Source: Bacillota bacterium
Lineage (GTDB): Bacteria; Bacillota; Clostridia; Peptostreptococcales; Anaerovoracaceae
NCBI GenBank assembly: GCA_019420525.1
Contig: JAHZHA010000027.1
Coordinates: 38,050-102,049, forward strand
Length of the DNA stretch: 64,000 bases
Direction: 5' to 3'
This document shows, in pieces, positions 54,682 to 63,567 of the stretch. Each line of letters opens with the position of its first letter. The stretch's first letter is position 1. A model generated the notes under the pieces. The model saw nothing but the letters and a program-made list of their open reading frames with translations, was not told where the DNA came from and did not search any database. Both the position numbers and the translations under genes were made by a program.

Positions 54682-56259
54682 TTAAAAAAACATGTGAAAA
54701 AGCATGGATTCCACTTCGCCTGTCACCACGCGGATCAGGGGTTTTCCGTCTTCTCCCTTCACGATTCCGTGAATGTGACTTTCCTTCCGGCATTCTTCCA
54801 GAAGATAACTGCATATCTCCTCCGTGATCTCCTCTCCCGGGCAGAGTACCGGAATCCCCGGCGGATACACGGCCACATCCGAAGCGGATGCCTTTCCACA
54901 GGCATCGGCAAGAGGAACCGTCTCATGAGAAGAGTAAAACGCTTTCCGCGGCGTCATCACCGAGCGGCGCTTCAGCCTGCAGAATGCTTCCGTACTGCTG
55001 CAGAGAGCATCACCGGACGTTTCATCCGTTTTCAAAATAGCCGGCGCTTTTTTCTGCACTCCCCGTGTCCGTGCGATGTCGGCGAGAGCCTCTTTCAGAC
55101 GGAGAAAATGCTCCGCTGTCGTTCCGCTGCCCGATACAGCGATGACATACCGGTGATCTGCAAACTCCATATCTATATGATATCTCCGCGCCAGGATATC
55201 TGCAAGTTCTCTCCCGCCGATCCCTGCCTCTCCGGCGGTTATCAGAAGGCGCGCTCCTTCTATCTCATGCGTCCTGCCGTCGGAGCCGGAAAAACGGGTG
55301 ACACAGTGCATCCCCGGGATGGCAGAAATCTCCTCTGCCGCCTGCCGTGTGAGAGAAAAAACATTCTCCCAGACAGCTCTGCCGCACTGCGCCATATCCC
55401 GCCGTACGGCATCCAGGGAAGACATCAGAAGGTAAGACGGACTCGTGGTGTTCATCATGCTGACGAGAGCGCGCAGACGACTCCGGTCCACGAGATCACC
55501 CTGCACGTGAAGCATAGAACTCTGTGTCAGACTTCCCAGCATTTTGTGGGTGCTCTGGACGGAAACGTCACAGCCTGCCTCCAAAGCGCCGCAGATCTCC
55601 TGAGACGGCGCAAAATATAACTGTGCACCGTGGGCTTCGTCCGCGATGACCTGAACGCCTTCCCTGTGACACAGCTCCACGATCTCTCTCAGCTGACTGT
55701 ACGTACCGTAATACGACGGATTGCTGAGAATCAGCGCGCGGACTCCCGGGTTTTTTTCAAGGGCGTCCCGCACTGTTTCTGTACGGATACCGCAGGGAAT
55801 CTCCAGAGAGATATCGAAATCATTCTGAATATATACCGGCATGGCCCCACTGAAAATCAGGCCCCGAATCACCGATTTGTGGCAATCCCGAGCGATCAGA
55901 ACGGGAGCCTCCTCCCATGCCGCCGCGGCAACGGCCGCCATAATTCCGGAAGTCGTACCGTTTACGAGAAAAAACGTCTCCTCCGCACCGAAGAGCTCCG
56001 CCGCCAGCTGCTGTGCCTCCGCGATGACGCCTTCCGGACAGTGAAGATCGTCGAAGCCATCGATTTCCGTGATATCAGCTTTCAGCACGTTCTGCGGGAA
56101 GAGACCCGCAAGTCTTTTTCCTCCCTGCATCTCCGTTTCGCCTTTATGCCCGGGCACATGAAAAGAAATACGGTCCGAACCGACATAGCTTTTCAAAAGA
56201 TCCGCGAGAGGCCTTTTATTCTGACGGCTCATCCTGATTGTACACTCCCTTTCCGACAT
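54682..56259 (-). CDS. Orn/Lys/Arg decarboxylase-family PLP enzyme (fold type I)
   Basis: N-terminus ...ISFHVPGHKGE... and S.HK PLP-lysine region (VQSTHKMLGSL) typical of the OKR_DC_1 family. RBS AAAGGGAG. Confidence 0.7.
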   Translation of the reverse strand: MSERECTIRMSRQNKRPLADLLKSYVGSDRISFHVPGHKGETEMQGGKRLAGLFPQNVLKADITEIDGFDDLHCPEGVIAEAQQLAAELFGAEETFFLVNGTTSGIMAAVAAAAWEEAPVLIARDCHKSVIRGLIFSGAMPVYIQNDFDISLEIPCGIRTETVRDALEKNPGVRALILSNPSYYGTYSQLREIVELCHREGVQVIADEAHGAQLYFAPSQEICGALEAGCDVSVQSTHKMLGSLTQSSMLHVQGDLVDRSRLRALVSMMNTTSPSYLLMSSLDAVRRDMAQCGRAVWENVFSLTRQAAEEISAIPGMHCVTRFSGSDGRTHEIEGARLLITAGEAGIGGRELADILARRYHIDMEFADHRYVIAVSGSGTTAEHFLRLKEALADIARTRGVQKKAPAILKTDETSGDALCSSTEAFCRLKRRSVMTPRKAFYSSHETVPLADACGKASASDVAVYPPGIPVLCPGEEITEEICSYLLEECRKESHIHGIVKGEDGKPLIRVVTGEVESMLFHMFF

Positions 56260-56346
56260 TACGCGCCGCAGTCATCCGGAATTGCGGCGCTATGCTGCGC
56301 CTCCGCCCCATTCAGGAGAGCGGACCGCGTTAAAAGTTGAAATACG

Positions 56347-56386
56347 AAAAAAGATGTCTAAAAACATAGTTTATAGACATCTTTCT
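56347..56386 (-). terminator. Intrinsic terminator at the end of the tRNA operon
   Basis: On the minus strand: AAAGATGTCTA...TAGACATCTTTTTT. Confidence 0.6.
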
Positions 56387-56387
56387 G

Positions 56388-56463
56388 TGGTGCCCAGACT
56401 CGGAATCGAACCAAGGACACGGGGATTTTCAGTCCCCTGCTCTACCTACTGAGCTATCTGGGC
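56388..56463 (-). tRNA. tRNA-Phe (GAA), copy 1
   Basis: GCCCAGATAGCTCAGTAGGTAGAGCAGGGGACTGAAAATCCCC...TTCGATTCC...GGGCACCA; anticodon loop CUGAAAA. Confidence 0.85.
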
Positions 56464-56466
56464 ATG

Positions 56467-56541
56467 TGGAGCGGAAGACGAGATTCGAACTCGCGACCCT
56501 CGCCTTGGCAAGGCGATGCTCTACCACTGAGCCACTTCCGC
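56467..56541 (-). tRNA. tRNA-Gly (GCC)
   Basis: GCGGAAGTGGCTCAGTGGTAGAGC...; anticodon loop UUGCCAA; CCA encoded. Confidence 0.85.
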
Positions 56542-56560
56542 ATATATGAAATTTTAAAAA

Positions 56561-56637
56561 TGGCGATCCGGAACGGGCTCGAACCGTCGACCTCCAGCGT
56601 GACAGGCTGGCATTCTAACCAACTGAACTACCGGACC
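56561..56637 (-). tRNA. tRNA-Asp (GUC)
   Basis: GGTCCGGTAGTTCAGTTGGTTAGAATGCCAGCCTGTCACGCTGG...; anticodon loop CUGUCAC; CCA encoded. Confidence 0.85.
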
Positions 56638-56778
56638 GCATACTCCGAAACTCCATCTGAAGAAAGAGATCGCCTGTCCGCCTCCGTTATGGCAATAAAA
56701 AAATTCTTCAGGAACCATCCTTTAGAATTTGCCGAAGAAGCCCGCTATCCGATTGTTCAGACTGTCTCAGATAAATTA

Positions 56779-56854
56779 TGGTGGGCGTTATAGGGCTCGA
56801 ACCTATGACATCCTGCTTGTAAGGCAGACGCTCTCCCAGCTGAGCTAAACGCCC
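56779..56854 (-). tRNA. tRNA-Val (UAC)
   Basis: GGGCGTTTAGCTCAGCTGGGAGAGC...; anticodon loop CUUACAA. Confidence 0.85.
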
Positions 56855-56879
56855 ATAACATATCAAATTAGGAAAATTT

Positions 56880-56955
56880 TGGTGCCCAGACTCGGAATCG
56901 AACCAAGGACACGGGGATTTTCAGTCCCCTGCTCTACCTACTGAGCTATCTGGGC
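56880..56955 (-). tRNA. tRNA-Phe (GAA), copy 2 (identical to copy 1)
   Basis: The 76-nt sequence is identical to 56388-56463. Confidence 0.85.
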
Positions 56956-56961
56956 ACACTA

Positions 56962-57038
56962 TGGTGGGCCATCAGGGACTTGAACCCGGGACCTGCCGGT
57001 TATGAGCCGGATGCTCTGACCAACTGAGCTAATGGCCC
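56962..57038 (-). tRNA. tRNA with CAU anticodon (elongator Met or lysidine-modified Ile2)
   Basis: GGGCCATTAGCTCAGTTGGTCAGAGC...CTCATAACC... The anticodon loop CUCAUAA resembles Firmicutes tRNA-Ile2 more than elongator Met. It is not initiator-like. Confidence 0.75.
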
Positions 57039-57044
57039 TTAAAA

Positions 57045-57121
57045 TGGTCGGGGTGGCAGGATTTGAACCCGCGACCCACTGGTCCCAAACCAGTTGCGCT
57101 ACCAAACTGCGCTACACCCCG
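57045..57121 (-). tRNA. tRNA-Pro (UGG)
   Basis: CGGGGTGTAGCGCAGTTTGGTAGCGC...; anticodon loop UUUGGGA. Confidence 0.85.
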
Positions 57122-57149
57122 AAGCATCTTTTTCCGCGTCAGTAATAAT

Positions 57150-57178
57150 ATCTTAACACCATTTTGCTCTCGTGTCAA
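57150..57178 (-). promoter_or_regulatory. Sigma-A promoter of the tRNA operon
   Basis: On the minus strand: TTGACA - 17 nt - TAAGAT, about 28 nt upstream of tRNA-Pro. Confidence 0.45.
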
Positions 57179-57528
57179 GAACTTTTTTTCATTCCCGACA
57201 CCGGCGCTCTTCAGAAGAAGTATCTCTTCCCTCGCGCTCCTTAAGCATTATAGGACAAAACATCCCTCATTTCAATGCCTTTTTTCAACTTTTTTCACAT
57301 AGATAATTTATTCGTCAATACATTGTTTTTATCAAAATTTTTACCGTTTTTTACCTGTTTTTTCCCATTTCGCTGTTTGATTTCCGGCTCATTCCACGAG
57401 AAATTCCATCATCTGCAGACGGCTGCACCGGCAGTTTTGCTCTCAATAGAGATCTGATTTACCGGACTTTTTTCTCTCAACGCATCTCTCAGGATTGTTT
57501 TCATTCGTACAGACTCTATCTTTTCCGC

Positions 57529-57568
57529 AAAAACAGCAAAGAACCCGGCAGATAATTCTGCCGGGTTC
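57529..57568 (-). terminator. Intrinsic terminator after the small codon-atypical ORF
   Basis: Perfect 12-bp stem GAACCCGGCAGA-TAAT-TCTGCCGGGTTC, followed on the minus strand by TTTGCTGTTTTT. Confidence 0.65.
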
Positions 57569-57606
57569 CCGATTTTCGATAAGTAAATGATCCGATAAGC
57601 CTCTGC

Positions 57607-57912
57607 TTAGTTTCTTGCAGGAGTCGGAGCTGGATCTACTGCTGCTACTACAGTCTTCATGAAGGATACTCTAACGTCGAAGTCAGGATCTTCCATGATA
57701 ACGTCTAAACCTGCAGGAACCTTTTCGCCGATTCTTTCAGCGAGAGCTGCGATCTGATATTCGAAGTGACCTCTGTCGCATAATTCTGCAGCGTTTCTTA
57801 ATTCCTGCATTTCGAAGTAAGATAACTTACCAGCCTTCTTGATGAGAGCGATTACTTCTTCTGCCAGCTTTTCTTCATCTGGAGCTGCTACGTTGTTCCA
57901 ATAATCACGCAT
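57607..57912 (-). CDS. Small (101 aa) acidic protein of unknown function, codon usage atypical for the region
   Basis: RBS AAAGGA then ATG, with its own strong terminator. Uses cgt/aga, ggt, gct, gta and tta codons and has lower GC than its neighbours. Confidence 0.5.
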   Translation of the reverse strand: MRDYWNNVAAPDEEKLAEEVIALIKKAGKLSYFEMQELRNAAELCDRGHFEYQIAALAERIGEKVPAGLDVIMEDPDFDVRVSFMKTVVAAVDPAPTPARN

Positions 57913-58083
57913 AATAATAATCCTTTCTTTTAATTATAAAAATTAAAATAACTAATGACATTCCTCAGCGCGCGCCGTCTGCGCACAACCGGGAATTCTA
58001 CCAACAATAGATTATCATACAGGCTGTTCTTTGTCAACAACAGCAGCGCGATCCTGCTAGAAATGTTTCCGTTGCGACACGGA

Positions 58084-60615
58084 TCAGAAATGCAACTCGG
58101 TACGCTGGATCAGATCTTTCTGGAGCGGTTTGCCCAGTTCCACGAAATAAGCGCTGTAGCCCGCCACTCTCACTAACATATCTCTGTAGTCTTCCGGCTT
58201 TTTCTGCGCCGCCTTCATGGTCTCTGCGCTCATGATATTGAACTGAACGTGCATCGGACCTTCCGACAGGTATGCGTCGATAAAGCTGACCAGATTGTCT
58301 CTTCCCTCCGTTCCCGCCACGGCATCCTGCGGGAATCTCATGTTCATCAGCGTGCCGTTGCTGGCAAGGCTGTGATCCACCTTCGCCAGAGAATTTGCCA
58401 GGGCTGTCGGTCCCTCCGTATCGTGGGAACCCGCATCGGTATGAACGGGGCCCATGTTGTCGGAAATCGCTTCTCCGGCTTTTCTTCCGTCCAGAGATGC
58501 GTTTGTATTGAGTCCCATGGCCACGTTGGCGTTTACGGAATATATGCCGGGACTGAACTCGCCTTCGCCTCTGACGATCTTTCTGCCTCTGACGTGTCTG
58601 CAATAACATTCAAACATGAAGCGGAAGAGTTCATCCGCATAGTCGTCGTCGTTTCCGTAATGGTGAACTTTGGAGCTGTTGACCAGAGCATAGAGACGGT
58701 CGTGTCCTTTCCAGTTATCTTTTATCGCCTGGAGCAGTTCTGCGCCAGTCCAGCGTTTTTCGTCGAACACCAGCTGTCTGACAGCTGACAGGGAATCCGC
58801 GCAGGTGGCCATACCGCTGGCCTGAGGTCCGATTCCGTTGTATTTTGCTCCGCCTTCGGTCAAATCTTTTCCCGTCTCGATGCAGTGCGGGAAGAATGCG
58901 GAGATATAAGGCGTCGGCTTTCTCACCCTGTGCGCCTCGCTGATGATATTGAGACTGCTGCACATCTGGTCACACCAGTATTCGAACTGTTTTTCCACGC
59001 TTTCCAGAACTTCTTCAAAACTCTGATACGTATCGAGGCTTCCGGTATCCGGTCCCAGCTGATCTCCCAGAGCGCCGCACTTTTCCCATCTCGCGCAGTG
59101 CGGTCCGCAGTCCAGGCAACGTCCGCCGTTGAAGACCATTTCCATCATCTTCGGTGTGTTGACGTAAGCCGAATCGTGCCATCCGAATTCTCTTCCCGGA
59201 AGGTCGGGTTCCACACAGCCTACCACCGCGTAATCTCTGGCTTCTTCCAGCGTCATTCCCTTTCTCATCATGGCTTTGATGGTCGGCGCATCGTTGAAAA
59301 CTTTCGGGTGTCCGTATCCCGCCCGGATACATTCCACGGTCTTCACTTTCAGCTCATACGGTGTGTTTTCGTGCATGCGGACGCATACCCACGGATTCAT
59401 CATTCTCGTGTGGGCGGAAGCTTCCAGCATCAGCATCGTCAGATCATTGGTGGCATCGTTGCCTTCGCTGTCGACTCCTCCGATGGTGAGGCTTTCCCCG
59501 CCGAATCCCCGGCCGTTCCTCACCGCCATACTTCCTTTGTCCTTCAGCTTGGTGGGATTATTCATCTTAACGTATTCCACTTCCAGGATTTCCAGGGCGA
59601 ATTCTTTCGTCAGAGTGCCTCTCTTGAGATCGGCCTCGTAATACGGATAGAGCCACTGGTCCATGCGGCCGTAGGAAATGGAATGACCGTTGCTCTCTAT
59701 CTGGATCAGCGTAGTGGCGAAATTAAACAGCTGAACCGCCTGCCAGAATGTCTGCGGAGCGCCTCCTGCGATCCGGAAGCAGTTTTCCGCCATCTGTTCC
59801 AGTTCCTTTTTTCTGTCCGCGTCTTTTTCCGCTGCAGCGCATTCCTGCGCCAGTTTTCCGTAACGTTCGATATATTTCTTCGCGGCTTCCAGCATGATGA
59901 TGGTCGCCTGGTAATATTCCTTTTTGTCGGCGTATTCCGGATCTCTCTTGCTGAGTTTTCCGAGAGCTTCTTTCACCTCTTCGATGACGCCGTCGTATCC
60001 GCCCTTCATCAGTCTGCCGTAATCCATCACCAGATGGCCTACGCCTGCGTAGTGATAGAGGTTCGTCTGGAAGATCTTCTTTCCCACCTCGGAGCCTTTC
60101 ATCTGCTCCTCGTCCAGTCTGGAATTGATGAGATCGTCTACCGTCCTGCCCTGCCACCAGGCACAGAGATCGAGAATTTCCTGTCTTTCTTCATCATTTC
60201 TGATGTAGAACTGGTCGTGTTCTCTCTCTTCAAAAGGAGAGTGGAGAATTTCGTCGATGATCCAGTTTACGGAGAATTCCGGATAGATCGGAGAAGCTTT
60301 TGCAGGAGCCGCAATTTCACCCAGAATCAGATCTTCATCATATATATGAAGCGTCGCGTTCAGCAGAATATTTTCAAAAGCGTAAGCACACTGCAGCTTG
60401 CGCGGTGCATTTTCGTGTTTCTGATAGGCTTCTGTCACAAGTCTCAGTCTCTCCACGTCGATCTCGTACGGTCTGTCCAGGAAAGTCTGTCTCAGACGGT
60501 TGACTCTCGGAAACGGAGACCAGTCTTCGTGATTGACCACATAGCCGAGACTGTAAGTATGGTCAAAGGATTCTGTTCCGCAGGCTTTTGTATGGCTGAT
60601 ATTCTTTGCGCTCAT
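58084..60615 (-). CDS. Glycyl-radical enzyme of the dehydratase/lyase (Cys-x-Glu loop) clade, substrate unknown
   Basis: C-terminal glycyl-radical motif RVAGYSAYF. Cys loop VVGCVEP (thiyl Cys with Glu, as in glycerol dehydratase / CutC / HypD, not the CC of PFL). Start MSAKNISHTK at 60615 with RBS AGGAGGAATTTTAC. Confidence 0.8.
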   Translation of the reverse strand: MSAKNISHTKACGTESFDHTYSLGYVVNHEDWSPFPRVNRLRQTFLDRPYEIDVERLRLVTEAYQKHENAPRKLQCAYAFENILLNATLHIYDEDLILGEIAAPAKASPIYPEFSVNWIIDEILHSPFEEREHDQFYIRNDEERQEILDLCAWWQGRTVDDLINSRLDEEQMKGSEVGKKIFQTNLYHYAGVGHLVMDYGRLMKGGYDGVIEEVKEALGKLSKRDPEYADKKEYYQATIIMLEAAKKYIERYGKLAQECAAAEKDADRKKELEQMAENCFRIAGGAPQTFWQAVQLFNFATTLIQIESNGHSISYGRMDQWLYPYYEADLKRGTLTKEFALEILEVEYVKMNNPTKLKDKGSMAVRNGRGFGGESLTIGGVDSEGNDATNDLTMLMLEASAHTRMMNPWVCVRMHENTPYELKVKTVECIRAGYGHPKVFNDAPTIKAMMRKGMTLEEARDYAVVGCVEPDLPGREFGWHDSAYVNTPKMMEMVFNGGRCLDCGPHCARWEKCGALGDQLGPDTGSLDTYQSFEEVLESVEKQFEYWCDQMCSSLNIISEAHRVRKPTPYISAFFPHCIETGKDLTEGGAKYNGIGPQASGMATCADSLSAVRQLVFDEKRWTGAELLQAIKDNWKGHDRLYALVNSSKVHHYGNDDDYADELFRFMFECYCRHVRGRKIVRGEGEFSPGIYSVNANVAMGLNTNASLDGRKAGEAISDNMGPVHTDAGSHDTEGPTALANSLAKVDHSLASNGTLMNMRFPQDAVAGTEGRDNLVSFIDAYLSEGPMHVQFNIMSAETMKAAQKKPEDYRDMLVRVAGYSAYFVELGKPLQKDLIQRTELHF

Positions 60616-60635
60616 GTAAAATTCCTCCTGTCGTG

Positions 60636-61586
60636 TCACTCTTTTTCTTTTGTTCCCACCGTGCAGCGGATACCGCGGCTTCTGAAATATTCCGCAGTCT
60701 TCTCCACTTTCTTCTGGAAAGCTTTCCGGTTGATTCTGACGCCTTTCATGGGATACGGAATTCCCAGGGAGGCGTATTTTTCCTCTCCCAGACGCATGAA
60801 GCTCAGCAGCTGCAGCGTCCTCACCCGGCCTTTCAGGTCCTGAAGAATGAAATCCGCCGAAGCTTCCATATTTTCCATGCTGTCATTGAAGCCCGGGATC
60901 ACGGGAATGCGCAGAATCATCTCTCTGCGTTCCTCCGCCAGACGCCTGAGATTTTCCAGAATTTTTTCGTTTCCGACACCCGTATGGATGCGATGGGTTT
61001 CGCTGTCCATGTGCTTGATGTCAGAGATGATCAGATCCGTCCAGGGAAGAACCTTTTCGATGTGTTCCCATTCCGCGAAGCACGTGGTCTCGCAGTAAGT
61101 GTGAACCAATTCCTGCCGGCATGCCCGGAAAAGTTCCGCCACGAAGTCCGCTTGCAGAAGAGGTTCTCCTCCGGATACGGTGATGCCTCCTCCGGATTTT
61201 TCGTAATAGCTGCGGTCCCGCAGGACTGTTTTCATGCATTCCTCTACGGTCATGATCCTTCCCCACTGCTTTAGAGCATCGGAAGGGCATTCGCTGTAAC
61301 AGGCCAGGCAGTCTGTGCAGACAGTCCGGTCGATGGACGACAGCTTTCCCTTGACGAATTTGAGTGCATTTTCCTCAGGGCAGATTTCAAGGCATCCCCC
61401 GCATTTTTTCCCGGAAATGCATTTGCTCCGGTATACGCCCATCTGTATCTGTCGTTTCCAGCTCTCCGGATTGCTGCACCACCGGCACCGCAGAGGGCAT
61501 CCCTTCAGAAAAAGTTCCGTCCTCACTCCCGGCCCGTCGTGGATCGTAAAACGCTGAATATTGAATACGGTTCCTCTCTGTGACAT
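60636..61586 (-). CDS. Glycyl-radical enzyme activating protein (radical SAM, with ferredoxin-like auxiliary clusters)
   Basis: HDGPGVRTELFLKGCPLRCRWCSNPES (CxxxCxxC radical SAM) plus additional CxxCxxC motifs. RBS GAAGGAAGGAGAAGG. The ORF-track start is over-extended. Confidence 0.8.
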   Translation of the reverse strand: MSQRGTVFNIQRFTIHDGPGVRTELFLKGCPLRCRWCSNPESWKRQIQMGVYRSKCISGKKCGGCLEICPEENALKFVKGKLSSIDRTVCTDCLACYSECPSDALKQWGRIMTVEECMKTVLRDRSYYEKSGGGITVSGGEPLLQADFVAELFRACRQELVHTYCETTCFAEWEHIEKVLPWTDLIISDIKHMDSETHRIHTGVGNEKILENLRRLAEERREMILRIPVIPGFNDSMENMEASADFILQDLKGRVRTLQLLSFMRLGEEKYASLGIPYPMKGVRINRKAFQKKVEKTAEYFRSRGIRCTVGTKEKE

Positions 61587-61696
61587 CTCCGCCTTCTCCT
61601 TCCTTCTGCACGTTCTCTTACATCTTATATCAGTGTAACAGCGCCGGAAGTGAGAAAAAAGTGACACATATGCCTATTTTATATAGGGAACATTCC

Positions 61697-62830
61697 CTAT
61701 TTTTCACCCCCTTCTTCCTCCTGAACCTCTCTGCTCTCCAGCCATTTATACAGCTGGAAGCGGCTCTTCACTCCGCATTTTGCGTAGATATTCTGTACGT
61801 GTTTTTTCACCGTGTGGTAGCTGACCACCATCTCGTCGGCGATCTCCCGGTAAGTCAGTCCCTGATGCATCAGTTCCGCCACCCGGCGCTCCGTCTGCGT
61901 CAGCGGAGAAGGCGCGGAAATCCGGAACGCTCCGTTTTCCTTCTCTTTCGACGAAATGGTGATCCAGTGGTATCGGTCCACAATGCCGTTGGAGTAACAC
62001 TGGTCGTAGGTATAGATTCGGAAGAGATAACCCTGTATGACTCTCGTTTTTACCTTTTTCTCTCCGCTCTCCTCCTCCTCACTGCCCAGCAGGAAGGGAA
62101 GCCAGCTGCAGGGAGCCGTGCTGCTGAGCTGTTCATCTGCCGCGGCACCTAGAATTTCCCGGAGACAGTTTCTCGCCGTCCGGTTGCAGCTCATCACATG
62201 CATAAAATCGTCTGTCACCAGATAGGCGTTTTCGCCGGAGGATATGATCTGGCTCTGGATATCCGAGATGATCCGTGCCTGCTCGTATTTCTTGAAATTC
62301 TTATAGGAATTGGCGATGTATACATATATTTTTTCCAGGATTCCGATTTCCTCTTCTGAGAAGTCACCTTTGTCTTTCCCCTTGAAAAAAGTCACCTGGA
62401 TGTAGGCGTTGATGCCGAAGGCCATGGTGACGCTGTAATGAGCCGAAAAGACATCTTCCAGAAAACGGACGTGACCGGAGGATTCATAATCCGCTCCGCT
62501 GATGACATCGGTGGAACGGTACAGTCTGGGTTCCACGTCGAAATAAGTGAGATGATCCCTCACCGCATCCCGGTAGATCCGCTGCCGAACCTCGTCATTT
62601 TCCTGGTATTGCCGGTAAGGATGCTGGCGGCTGTCGATGAGCATCCCTTTTTCCCCGATCCACGACAGAAACTTTCCCTGAGGATCAAAATACGAGATGA
62701 GAACCTCCTTCAGGCCGAAATTCCGGTCCAGGGAATCCAGCATCACGCTGTTGAAAAATTCCGTCGCGGAAATCTGCCGTTCCGCCATCTCAGAGAAAAA
62801 ATTCATCTGACCGCTGTTTTCATATTTCAC
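61697..62830 (-). CDS. LuxR-family transcriptional regulator with uncharacterised ~300-aa N-terminal sensing domain
   Basis: C-terminal HTH LTQTERRVAELMHQGLTYREIADEMVVSYHTVKKHVQNIYAKCGV. GTG start with RBS GGGGAGGAG. Confidence 0.7.
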   Translation of the reverse strand: MKYENSGQMNFFSEMAERQISATEFFNSVMLDSLDRNFGLKEVLISYFDPQGKFLSWIGEKGMLIDSRQHPYRQYQENDEVRQRIYRDAVRDHLTYFDVEPRLYRSTDVISGADYESSGHVRFLEDVFSAHYSVTMAFGINAYIQVTFFKGKDKGDFSEEEIGILEKIYVYIANSYKNFKKYEQARIISDIQSQIISSGENAYLVTDDFMHVMSCNRTARNCLREILGAAADEQLSSTAPCSWLPFLLGSEEEESGEKKVKTRVIQGYLFRIYTYDQCYSNGIVDRYHWITISSKEKENGAFRISAPSPLTQTERRVAELMHQGLTYREIADEMVVSYHTVKKHVQNIYAKCGVKSRFQLYKWLESREVQEEEGGEK

Positions 62831-63102
62831 GACACTCCTCCCCTCATCATTCCGCCGGACACCATTCCCGGCCTGTCTGTGCAGAATATATATTCACATA
62901 CATTTATTTACAGATTTTATTTAAAATGTAAAATAATCATCACATTTTCAGTCTATTCCATGCCGGAAAAAAATTCAACCGTTTTTACCGCCGGGATCTG
63001 CGCCGTACCGAAAGGACAAATTTTCGTCCGCAGATCTCTTTCACAAAAACAGGAAAGCGGTTCTATTCCGCAAAAACAGGAGGATGATTCTTCGCAGAGA
63101 TA

Positions 63103-63567
63103 TTGAAGACTTCCGCGCCGTCTGATAAAATTCTCTTCAATCCTGCCGTTTTTCCGGATCCGGAAGAACAGTTCACCACTGTAAATAATTACATCGACAC
63201 GGAAAACATGATTCTGCGGAAAGGCTCTGTTTCCGCGCAGCAGGGCGAAAAACTGCTGATTCCCATCAACATGCGGGACGGCAGTCTGATCTGCACGGGA
63301 AAAGGAAACGCAGACTGGAATTATTCCGCGCCCCACGGTGCCGGCTGCCTGATGAGCAGGACAGAGGCGAAGCGGACGTTTACCCTTCCGGAATACGAAA
63401 AAGAGATGGAAAACGTGTACACCACCTCGGTGAGCCGCTCCACCCTGGACGAATGCCCCATGGCCTACAAAGACATGCGGGACATCCTGGACAACATCGG
63501 TCCTACGGCCCGGGTGAACAAAATCATCCGTCCCGTCTACAACTTCAAAGCCGGCGGCGAGGGATGA
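63103..63567 (+). pseudogene. rtcB: RtcB-family RNA ligase, C-terminal fragment only (truncated remnant)
   Basis: ...NYSAPHGAGCLMSRTEAKRTFTLPEYEKEME... matches the RtcB C-terminus (HGAGR motif, here HGAGC). It is only 154 codons, and the N-terminal two-thirds of the domain is absent from the upstream AT-rich DNA. Confidence 0.45.

Noticed and set aside
56638-56778. Possible extra tRNA in the long spacer between tRNA-Asp and tRNA-Val
   Set aside because: By hand I could not build an acceptor stem, T-loop (GTTCRA) or anticodon stem in either orientation. It is left as an unexplained spacer (see findings).
56464-56793. 109-aa plus ORF inside the tRNA array
   Set aside because: It is translated across tRNA-Gly and tRNA-Asp genes on the opposite strand. 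It cannot be coding.
58885-60843. 652-aa plus-strand ORF
   Set aside because: It is antisense to the glycyl-radical enzyme gene, which has unmistakable motifs on the minus strand. No RBS or conserved motifs.
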